This document shows positions 16,787 through 23,985 of a DNA stretch of 64,000 nucleotides, in pieces. How positions within the stretch are numbered: the stretch's first letter is position 1; the number at the start of each line of letters is the position of its first letter. The notes under the pieces were generated by a model that was not told the origin of the DNA, did not search any database, and saw nothing but the letters and a program-made list of their open reading frames with translations. A program made the translations under genes and the position numbers. Source of the DNA: a virus (taxonomy: Duplodnaviria > Caudoviricetes); the IMG/VR virus record IMGVR_UViG_3300022173_000137, positions 449 to 64,448 of that record; one strand, 5' to 3'.

Positions 16787-18241
16787 ATGAAGAGCACAAA
16801 CTGGTTTGAAGTGGATCGAAAAGGGCTGGCCAAGCTCCTGTCCCGGCGCGGCAAAGAATTCATTCTGTACGAGCTGGTCTCGAACAGTTGGGATGAGCCT
16901 GGCGTGACCCGCGTGGACGTGACCGTGAAGCAGGTTCACGCGAACGTGGTGGAGATTACCGTGGAGGACGACGCGCCGCTGGGCTTCAGCAGCCTGGCCA
17001 ACGCCTTCACCCTGTTCGCCGAGAGCGGCAAGAAGAGCAACGCCACGCAGCGTGGACGCTTCAACCTGGGTGAGAAGCTGGTGCTCGCGGCCAGTGAGCA
17101 CGTCTGCATCTCCACCACCAAGGGCACGCTCTACTTCGACTCGGAAGGCCGGAGGGCGAGCAAGAACAAGCGGGAGACCGGCAGCAAGATCAGTTGCTGG
17201 GTCAAGGTGACCGAGCAGGAGTATCGCGACATGCTGGCCAAGGCCAACCTGCTCCTCCAGCACGAGAACATCGTGACCATCATCAACGGTGAACCTCTGG
17301 CTCCGCGCATCGCCATTGGCGCGACGATGGCCACGCTTCAAACGGAGATCGCCGATGCCGATGGATTTCTGCGCCGGTCCAATCGAACGACCACCATCGA
17401 AGCCTACCGGGTGCGCGACGGTGAGACGGCCATGATTTACGAGCTGGGCGTGCCGGTGTCTCCAACTGGTGACAAATGGCACTACAACATCAAGCAGAAG
17501 GTGCCGCTGGCCCTGGACCGTGCCGACATCCCTGCGGCGTTCGTGAAGGCCGTCCGCGTGGCCGTCTTCAGCATCCTGCACGACAAGCTCACCCCGGAGG
17601 ACGCCAACGCCGAATGGATCGAGGTCGCGGCCAACGACCCGCACTGCGACCAGGCCGCGATGAAGACCTACATGGAGCTGCGCTTCGGCGGAAAGCGCGT
17701 GAGCTATGACGCGTCCGACCCAGAGGCCAACAAGATTGCCACCAGCCAAGGCTACACCGTGGTGACCGGCTCCATGATGGGCAAGACGGCCTGGGCCAAT
17801 GCCAGGGAGGCCGAGGCCATCAAGCCTGCGGGCAAGGTGACGCCCAGCGCGAGAGTCTGGAGCGGTGAGGACGACCCGAACGCCCCAGCCTTCACCGACT
17901 GGATTCCTGAGTCCAGGTGGACCGAAGGCATGAGAGACATCGAAGGCTTTGCCCGGACGATGGCGATGAAGGTTCTGAACAAGGACATCGAGGTGAAGTT
18001 CTGTTCCACGCACCACCACAAGGCTGCTGCATCCTACGGCCCGTCCTGCGGGCTGGTCTTCAACAAGCTCAAGCTGGGCAACGCCTGGTTCGAGCGCGGC
18101 ATCAACCAGCAGGTCGTCGCGCTGCTCATCCACGAATTCGGACATGAGTATTCTTCGGACCATCTCAGCGAGGAGTATTACGAAGCTCTTTGCACCATCG
18201 GTGCGAAGATGTTCGACCTCGGAAAGCGCCAAGTCCTATGA
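16787..18241 (+). CDS. GHKL (HSP90/MutL-like) ATPase fused to a C-terminal zincin-like domain
   Basis: ELVSNSWD, VEDD...GF, RGRFNLGEK and T..G boxes; LLIHEFGH (HExxH) near the C-terminus. Confidence 0.8.
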   Translation: MKSTNWFEVDRKGLAKLLSRRGKEFILYELVSNSWDEPGVTRVDVTVKQVHANVVEITVEDDAPLGFSSLANAFTLFAESGKKSNATQRGRFNLGEKLVLAASEHVCISTTKGTLYFDSEGRRASKNKRETGSKISCWVKVTEQEYRDMLAKANLLLQHENIVTIINGEPLAPRIAIGATMATLQTEIADADGFLRRSNRTTTIEAYRVRDGETAMIYELGVPVSPTGDKWHYNIKQKVPLALDRADIPAAFVKAVRVAVFSILHDKLTPEDANAEWIEVAANDPHCDQAAMKTYMELRFGGKRVSYDASDPEANKIATSQGYTVVTGSMMGKTAWANAREAEAIKPAGKVTPSARVWSGEDDPNAPAFTDWIPESRWTEGMRDIEGFARTMAMKVLNKDIEVKFCSTHHHKAAASYGPSCGLVFNKLKLGNAWFERGINQQVVALLIHEFGHEYSSDHLSEEYYEALCTIGAKMFDLGKRQVL

Positions 18242-19278
18242 CCTTCAGCCGCATCAGCGACTACTTTGTCTCCGAGCGCGAGCGTGTCCTGGAGAAGCTG
18301 CCGCGCATCCAGCCTCTGGTGGAACCCAAGCGCATTCAGACGCCTGCCGGTTACGACTCAGCTCACGGCATTGGCCCGGCCACCTACCTGATGAGCCAGC
18401 AGTATCGGCTGACCCGTCGAGAAGGTGGGCAGCCACTGGAGCTGGCCGGAGTCGCCATCGCCTACGAGATGGTGAGATACCAGATGCCTGTCTTCTACGT
18501 CTCCGAGGCGCTGGCCCGTGCTGCTGCCGCCACGAAGCTTCCTTCCGACTTCCTGATGAGCGAGATGCGCTGGCCGATGCTGGCGCTCGTGCTGGGCTTC
18601 CCAACGAAGTTCATGCGCGAATACGCCGACCTGGACAGCAGCTACGTCTGGTGTTCCAGCCTGGAAGCCAAGGGCTACCCGGCTCCCAACGGCATCGTCG
18701 GCCCCATCATCGAACCCGCCTTCGCCAAGGTGTCGCTGCAATACTACCAGCTCCATCAGGAGAGCGGTCAGCCAGAGATATTCGTCGGGTCGTTCCCAAT
18801 TCACGAGCAGGTCAATGACGTGGTGCGGCGCTACAGCTACACGGACCATACGGAGGCCAAGGACGTGGACGTGCTCAAGGAGCGCCTGCACATGGTCGCC
18901 AGTCTCGTCTTCAAGGTGCTGCTCATCCTGAGCGCCCGCGAAGGACTGATCAGGATGGGAGAGTGTGTACGGCCGCGCAGCGAGAAGAAGGGCAAGGTGC
19001 GTGAGGCGCTTTGGGCACCAAACTTCATCGGCGTCGGCTATCGGACGATGCGCCAGGGCGCGACCGGCGAAGGCACGTCCGTCTCAACGCACTGGCGTCG
19101 TGGCCACATGACCTGGCAGGTAACTGGCAGCCGGGAGGACTTTGTGCCTGTGTCCTCCCTGCCGCGTGACGAGGAGGGCGGCATCAGGTGGACCGAGGTA
19201 TCAGATGATACCAAGGACAAGTTCATGCGGTCGCACCGCCGCATCTGGATTGACCCCGTTCTGGTTGGAAGTTTATGA
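18238..19278 (+). CDS. Phage hypothetical protein with a C-terminal HWRRGH...WI.P..VG motif
   Basis: ATGA overlap start MTFSRIS; this motif recurs in phage proteins. Confidence 0.7.
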   Translation: MTFSRISDYFVSERERVLEKLPRIQPLVEPKRIQTPAGYDSAHGIGPATYLMSQQYRLTRREGGQPLELAGVAIAYEMVRYQMPVFYVSEALARAAAATKLPSDFLMSEMRWPMLALVLGFPTKFMREYADLDSSYVWCSSLEAKGYPAPNGIVGPIIEPAFAKVSLQYYQLHQESGQPEIFVGSFPIHEQVNDVVRRYSYTDHTEAKDVDVLKERLHMVASLVFKVLLILSAREGLIRMGECVRPRSEKKGKVREALWAPNFIGVGYRTMRQGATGEGTSVSTHWRRGHMTWQVTGSREDFVPVSSLPRDEEGGIRWTEVSDDTKDKFMRSHRRIWIDPVLVGSL

Positions 19279-19460
19279 GCAAGCCGGAGAACATCGTGGT
19301 CACCTTGACTGAGCTTGAAGCCCGGATGCTTCAGCAGGTGGTCGGAAATGGCTGGGCTGATGGAGACTTCGCCCAATGGATTGGTGACGAGCAGCAGACG
19401 CGGGCCTGCAAGCGGGCGATGAAGAAGCTGAACAAGGCCGTTGAGGAGCACCAAGCATGA
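19275..19460 (+). CDS. Hypothetical protein
   Basis: 61 aa, ATGA overlaps. Confidence 0.6.
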   Translation: MSKPENIVVTLTELEARMLQQVVGNGWADGDFAQWIGDEQQTRACKRAMKKLNKAVEEHQA

Positions 19461-19666
19461 GCCTGCGCATTGAGACCTACGAGCGGGACGACCGGGCCAA
19501 GACTGGCCGCTGGAAGTCCTACCGGCACCGTGACGGCACCAAGGCCGTGGCCGAGTTCAACACCATCGGTCGGGCCAGGCGCTTTGCGACACGGCACTGC
19601 CTGGGCAGCGTCTATGGCCGGGCGCAGATTGTGAACAATGAGACGGGAGAGGTAACTGAGCTATGA
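19457..19666 (+). CDS. Hypothetical protein
   Basis: 69 aa, ATGA overlaps. Confidence 0.6.
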   Translation: MSLRIETYERDDRAKTGRWKSYRHRDGTKAVAEFNTIGRARRFATRHCLGSVYGRAQIVNNETGEVTEL

Positions 19667-19875
19667 ACCTGATAAGATTCAAACACCCACGCAGCGGCGA
19701 GCTGGTCTGCATCGACGAAGCTGACCTTGGGTCCGGGCGAGACTTGATCGCGCTCTACGACGCCGATGGGACGAAACGGTCCCGTGCCCAAGCCTGGCTG
19801 GGCAACGGAAAGGCAAGTGACATCGGTCGGGAAGAGGCCAAGGCGGCGATCAAAGACCCGAAGCCTATGGGGTGA
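19663..19875 (+). CDS. Hypothetical protein
   Basis: 70 aa, ATGA overlap. Confidence 0.55.
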   Translation: MNLIRFKHPRSGELVCIDEADLGSGRDLIALYDADGTKRSRAQAWLGNGKASDIGREEAKAAIKDPKPMG

Positions 19876-19974
19876 ACACCCCATTGTCGGTGTCAGTCGG
19901 GAGGTCAGGATGGTAACTGTTGTTTAAGCCGTTAATCCCAGTACCTCCTTTCTAGGAGCCACCATCCTGTTACC

Positions 19975-20556
19975 ATGAAGACACCGCATCCCGACACCGA
20001 GACCCATTCGCAGCGCGAAGCCCGCTTGAAGCGCGAAGCTGCCGACACCGAAACTCCGTCACAGCGCGAAGCCCGCTTGAAGCGTGAGTCCAACGAAGCC
20101 GAAAACCTGCGTGAGCGCCGTGAGGCCATTGACCCCGACGAGAAGCGCCCCAAGGGTGAAAGCCTCTCCAGCATCCACGGAGAAGTTCTGGCGTTGCAGA
20201 AGGCGTTGCAGAAGGAAGCCGCTTCGCTCCCTGAAGTCTGCTGGAAGCACCTGCGCCACATCGAAAACCTGACCAGTGGAAACTCCGTGCGGCTGCGCTC
20301 CGCCATCGCCGCCGAGCTGCGTGAGTTCCGGTTCCAACTGGCCGACGCGAAGATCCCCAAGTCCCAGCCTCACCTGACCCGCCTGGACTCACTGATCAGC
20401 CCGGAGACACCCAAGGCCCGCCAGGACCGCCTGGACGCCGAGGCTTTGAACTATCCCGACGAAACGGCTGCACAGCGCAAGGAACGTGAAGCGAAGGCCG
20501 AGAAGATTGTGCGGCTGCACGACGACGAGGACGACAGGCAGGCGGAAGCCGTGTGA
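19975..20556 (+). CDS. Charged helical protein with ET.xQREARL-type repeats
   Basis: DTETHSQREARLKREAA / DTETPSQREARLKRES, plus ETPKARQDRL and ETAAQRKERE. Confidence 0.7.
   Translation: MKTPHPDTETHSQREARLKREAADTETPSQREARLKRESNEAENLRERREAIDPDEKRPKGESLSSIHGEVLALQKALQKEAASLPEVCWKHLRHIENLTSGNSVRLRSAIAAELREFRFQLADAKIPKSQPHLTRLDSLISPETPKARQDRLDAEALNYPDETAAQRKEREAKAEKIVRLHDDEDDRQAEAV
19993..20091 (+). repeat. Tandem 51-bp coding duplication
   Basis: Identical core CAGCGCGAAGCCCGCTTGAAGCG at 20011 and 20062. Confidence 0.85.
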
Positions 20557-20586
20557 TTTAGCCCGACAAGGGCATAACTAAGACAA

Positions 20587-20611
20587 CCCTGAGCTAAGTT
20601 CTAGCTCAGGG
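20587..20611. terminator. Hairpin between convergent genes
   Basis: CCCTGAGCTA-agttc-TAGCTCAGGG, 10-bp stem; no strong U-tract. Confidence 0.55.
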
Positions 20612-20617
20612 CCATTT

Positions 20618-21223
20618 CTACAGTTCAGGAGTCCACAAGGAGTCATCCTCAGTGACCTGGTAGCCCAGCGCCGCCACAGCCTTCAGACAGTCCTCCCACA
20701 TCTCCTTGGCCGCAGGCTTGCCGTTGCGCAGCACGTAGGACGGGTGCCAGGTGATGATGGCCGGAGTCTTCCCCAGCATCAGCGTCTGGCCACGGATCTG
20801 GGTGATTTTGCTCTCCACGTCGAAGAGCGCATCCAGGGCGGTCGCGCCCATCACAAGCAGGAGCTTGGGCTGGATGATTCCAATCTGCCGCTGGAGGAAA
20901 GGCAGGCACTCCTCAATCTCAAGCCGGTGCGGCTTGCGGTTTTCCGGTGGACGGCACTTGATGACGTTGGCGATGTACACCTCGCTCCGGCGAAAGCCCA
21001 TCTTGTTGATGTATTGCGTGAGGAGCTTCCCAGCCCGGCCAATGAACGGACGGCCCTCGTTGTCCTCCTGCTCGCCCGGAGCCTCGCCCACGAACATGAG
21101 CTGCGCGTTGGGATCGCCTTCGCCGAAGACCACGTTGGTGCGCGTCTCAGCCAGGGCGCAGCGGGCACAGACAGAGGACTCGCTGCGGATGCGCTCCAGG
21201 CGGGCTGCCTTCTCGTCGGTCAT
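20618..21223 (-). CDS. udg: Uracil-DNA glycosylase, family 4 (4Fe-4S)
   Basis: CARC, VGEAPGEQED, GRPFIGRAG, NVIKCRPPENR, EEC, TWHPSYVLR. Start MTDEK by ATGA overlap. Confidence 0.92.
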   Translation of the reverse strand: MTDEKAARLERIRSESSVCARCALAETRTNVVFGEGDPNAQLMFVGEAPGEQEDNEGRPFIGRAGKLLTQYINKMGFRRSEVYIANVIKCRPPENRKPHRLEIEECLPFLQRQIGIIQPKLLLVMGATALDALFDVESKITQIRGQTLMLGKTPAIITWHPSYVLRNGKPAAKEMWEDCLKAVAALGYQVTEDDSLWTPEL

Positions 21224-21411
21224 CGTTTGCTGGTGAATGTCTTGCTGATGAAGTTGTGGACTTTGCCGACCGGACGCCCGGTCTCGTTGATCTTCACCGT
21301 CCCGCAAGGGCAGGAGTAGTAGAGCTTGGCCCGGTCCCAGAGCAATGCTTTTGCTCCGCAGCAGGCGGTTGGATTCTTCAGGTCTTTTGGCTTCAGCTTG
21401 CTCTCGCTCAT
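21220..21411 (-). CDS. Small Zn-ribbon protein
   Basis: ACCG...CPCG. Confidence 0.55.
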   Translation of the reverse strand: MSESKLKPKDLKNPTACCGAKALLWDRAKLYYSCPCGTVKINETGRPVGKVHNFISKTFTSKR

Positions 21412-21701
21412 TTGGGTTTCTCCACTTTAGGGGTTGGTCTGCACGGACAGCTTTCGGCGTGAGCCAGCGCGCCACCACCGTCGCCTGTGAAGGTGATGAG
21501 GATGTAGTCGTGATTCTCGAACGCAAATTTCTGGGCGGTGGCCAGGGTGGAGCCGGTGGCATTCTCGATGGTGGTCCTCTCCGAAGCCAGCGTGCTCGGC
21601 TGCTGCGATGTGCAGCCCTCCTTGGCTCCAATGCAGACGACGAACAGCACGGCCAGGAACACCATCCGCCATGTGACCGACTGCCAGGTAATCGTCTTCA
21701 T
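21408..21701 (-). CDS. Putative lipoprotein/exported protein
   Basis: Basic N-terminus, hydrophobic stretch, then EGC-TSQ (possible lipobox). Confidence 0.55.
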   Translation of the reverse strand: MKTITWQSVTWRMVFLAVLFVVCIGAKEGCTSQQPSTLASERTTIENATGSTLATAQKFAFENHDYILITFTGDGGGALAHAESCPCRPTPKVEKPK

Positions 21702-21967
21702 CGCTTTTCAATTTCTCCCTGTTGCATCACCCAGGCCAGGCCCAGCACATAGCGGTCACTGACCATCTGGCCGTTGAGCAGCCGCTCCAGGGTCTCACCG
21801 CAGATCACGGAAAGCCGACCATTGTCCGCCAGGGACATGGAGGCAAACGCCTCGCGCCAGGTCATCAGGGTTTCCGGCGACTGACGTGCTATCCAGTCTT
21901 TCGCCGCGTAAGCTGCTGGATGGGGTTCACTGCCGATCAGCGTCCCAGGTGTTGGTGTATCGCTCAT
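21698..21967 (-). CDS. Hypothetical protein
   Basis: 89 aa; GTTCTT-N6-ATG upstream (21974-21979). Confidence 0.65.
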   Translation of the reverse strand: MSDTPTPGTLIGSEPHPAAYAAKDWIARQSPETLMTWREAFASMSLADNGRLSVICGETLERLLNGQMVSDRYVLGLAWVMQQGEIEKR

Positions 21968-21979
21968 GGGGTTAAGAAC

Positions 21980-22402
21980 TCAGGCAGACGTGGACATGGA
22001 CACGACATGCAGCCAGCAGGGCTGAGGCAGCTTGGCGATCTGGTGATGGTCGCCCTTGATCTCAAAGAAGTCGGGAATCTTGTCTGAAATCTTGCCGATG
22101 GTCTCCAGCCACTCCCGCGTCCGTTTGACCGCCGTGCCCTCGTCACTGTTGAACGCGGCGAAGTTCCAGTTTCGGATGTCCTTCGGATCATCCATCGCCG
22201 GGCCGTGGTAGTGGCGAAAGCGATACTTCATGTACCAGCGCGTGGGCGTGGCCAGCTTGCGGTAGAGCAGGACGGTGAGGTTGCCGCCCTTGCCGAGCAT
22301 GGAGTCCTTGGCCGGAATGGCGATGAAGCCCATGATCGAGAAGTAGTACCCCTCCACAAAGGCGAACCCAGGCGTCGCCTCCTTCTGTTCCTCTTCGTTC
22401 AT
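21980..22402 (-). CDS. Hypothetical protein
   Basis: 140 aa, operon-coupled. Confidence 0.65.
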   Translation of the reverse strand: MNEEEQKEATPGFAFVEGYYFSIMGFIAIPAKDSMLGKGGNLTVLLYRKLATPTRWYMKYRFRHYHGPAMDDPKDIRNWNFAAFNSDEGTAVKRTREWLETIGKISDKIPDFFEIKGDHHQIAKLPQPCWLHVVSMSTSA

Positions 22403-22611
22403 CGACCCGAAGCTGTCACAATCGGAATATAGTCGTCAACCTTTTTGTCCATCTCGGACGCCACGGCGATCCCCTGCATGTTGATCAACAGCCTGGTGGC
22501 AGTGTGGAAGAAGGCTTGAGAGTATCCAGCAGTCTCCAGCTTGGTCTTGATCTCCTGGAAGGCAGCCGGACTGAGTTCAAGGATGGCGTAGGTGGTCGTT
22601 TGTTCGTTCAC
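22399..22611 (-). CDS. Hypothetical protein
   Basis: 70 aa; GTTCTC-N6-GTG upstream. Confidence 0.6.
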   Translation of the reverse strand: MNEQTTTYAILELSPAAFQEIKTKLETAGYSQAFFHTATRLLINMQGIAVASEMDKKVDDYIPIVTASGR

Positions 22612-22623
22612 ACCCTGGAGAAC

Positions 22624-22854
22624 TCATTGAAGGTCGCGCAGGAAAGTTTGAATCGCCGCGTCGGGAGAAACACCTTGGCGGGCCGAGTGGTAGCCAGCCT
22701 TCCAGGCACGCCTGAAGACCTCGTTGTCGAACGCCGGGCAGTCCGCAATCGACTTGCGCAGCCGGTAGGCCCGCTGGCCGTCGTTGAGGAACTCCTGGAT
22801 GTCCGCCGTGCTGATGTTTTCAGTGAGCACGTTTACGATGGTTTCTGGGCGCAT
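22624..22854 (-). CDS. Hypothetical protein (MRPETIVNVLTEN...)
   Basis: Start moved to ATG 22854, downstream of a TTGATC-17-TATACT promoter. Confidence 0.55.
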   Translation of the reverse strand: MRPETIVNVLTENISTADIQEFLNDGQRAYRLRKSIADCPAFDNEVFRRAWKAGYHSARQGVSPDAAIQTFLRDLQ

Positions 22855-22860
22855 AGGTCG

Positions 22861-22878
22861 GTCAACAGTATAGTTTAC
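22861..22878. promoter_or_regulatory. Operator-like GTCAAC-AGTATA-GTTTAC, overlapping a minus-strand -10 (TATACT)
   Basis: Read directly. Confidence 0.55.
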
Positions 22879-22891
22879 AGTGCCTGCTTGA

Positions 22892-23470
22892 TCAAGGCTT
22901 GGACCACTCGTCCGTGAACTCCTTCTTGGTGTCACCGTTGTCCATCCAGTCGAGGAGGTCGTCCACGCGGACCTCGATCACCGACTTGCGCAGCTTTGGA
23001 CCGAGGCCGTCATTGAAGGCGGCGTCGTAGGCGTTGATGGCGCTCTGCTCGTCCTGGAAGCCACACATGACCTTGTGCTCGTCGAACGTGTCGCTGTCCT
23101 TCTTGCGCTGGTTCACCACGAACACGAGGTCGGACTCCGGGGTGTCGCCCATGTAAACGTCCAGCGGATCTTTGTCCTTGCTGTGGACGCCGACGAACTC
23201 GCCGTAGTGCGCGGGCATGGTCACGGACCACTCGTTGCCGTCCTTGTCCTGGCCGGAGCGCGTGGAGCCTTTGGGATTCTCGATGGCGATGGTCAGGCCG
23301 TTCCAGGTGAACTCGCCCTTGTCGTAGTCATCATTCTCCTTCTCCTCATCGGTCGGCGTTACGTCGGTATCCTCAATCGCCTGCTCGATGTCGGCTTCGA
23401 GATCGTCCAGGAGCAGGCCCATGACCTGGACCGGGTGGAGGCGTTGTTCAATAAGCTGGCGCGGTGTCAT
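22892..23470 (-). CDS. Inorganic pyrophosphatase-like (InPase) domain protein
   Basis: GLTIAIENPKGS.RSG.D..G..W...M..HYG...D.DPLDVY.G...VFVVNQ...FDEHKVM.GF; N-terminus MTPRQLIE. Confidence 0.8.
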   Translation of the reverse strand: MTPRQLIEQRLHPVQVMGLLLDDLEADIEQAIEDTDVTPTDEEKENDDYDKGEFTWNGLTIAIENPKGSTRSGQDKDGNEWSVTMPAHYGEFVGVHSKDKDPLDVYMGDTPESDLVFVVNQRKKDSDTFDEHKVMCGFQDEQSAINAYDAAFNDGLGPKLRKSVIEVRVDDLLDWMDNGDTKKEFTDEWSKP

Positions 23471-23485
23471 ACCGTTCTAGCTACC
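23471..23485. promoter_or_regulatory. 15-bp divergent gap containing GTTCTA-N6-ATG (+) and TAGCTAG-N6-ATG (-)
   Basis: CAT-accgttctagctacc-ATG. Confidence 0.6.
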
Positions 23486-23920
23486 ATGAAACCGACGAGT
23501 CAACGGGCGTACACGCAAGTTATGGCCAGCGGCCTGGTCACCGGCCTGCGCTGGAAGGTCTATCAGACGCTCCACTACGCCCCGGCGCTCACCGCCAACG
23601 AAGTCGCACAAAACCCTGTCTTCCGTGGCCACCAGCTCGACAGCATCCGCCCACGCTTCGCCGAGCTGGAGAGCCTGGGTGTCATCCGTTCCAGCGGCAG
23701 TCGCGAATGCTCGGTGACGAGGATGACTGCGCTGCTCTGGGAGACGACGGACTACGTGCCGACCAAGGCCGACGTGAAGCCAAAGACGCGCACCTTCTGG
23801 CTGGTGAAGGCTCCGGGGAAGATCGGAAAGGTGTTCGAGCACGAGGAGAATGCAGCCAAGGCAATGAAGGACGGAGCAGAGCTGATCGAGGTGCGGGAGG
23901 TGGTGCGGAAGACGAAGTGA
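23486..23920 (+). CDS. Winged-helix DNA-binding protein
   Basis: LTANEVA...SIRPRFAELESLGVI..SG.R.C..T wHTH pattern; start within track ORF 23075..23920. Confidence 0.7.
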   Translation: MKPTSQRAYTQVMASGLVTGLRWKVYQTLHYAPALTANEVAQNPVFRGHQLDSIRPRFAELESLGVIRSSGSRECSVTRMTALLWETTDYVPTKADVKPKTRTFWLVKAPGKIGKVFEHEENAAKAMKDGAELIEVREVVRKTK

Positions 23921-23934
23921 ACAATACTGTTGAC
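23917..23934. promoter_or_regulatory. Operator-like GTGAAC-AATACT-GTTGAC upstream of the helicase-repeat gene
   Basis: Read directly. Confidence 0.5.
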
Positions 23935-23985
23935 CGCCATGTTGGTATTATCGCAAACGAGACATAAAAGCAGTTCTCCTATGCC

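Noticed and set aside
16781-18232. Long antisense ORF (483 aa)
   Set aside because: It mirrors the GHKL ATPase gene.
19912-19927. GGTAAC-TGTT-GTTTAA as another operator copy
   Set aside because: The spacer is 4 nt rather than 6 and the left half-site is degenerate.
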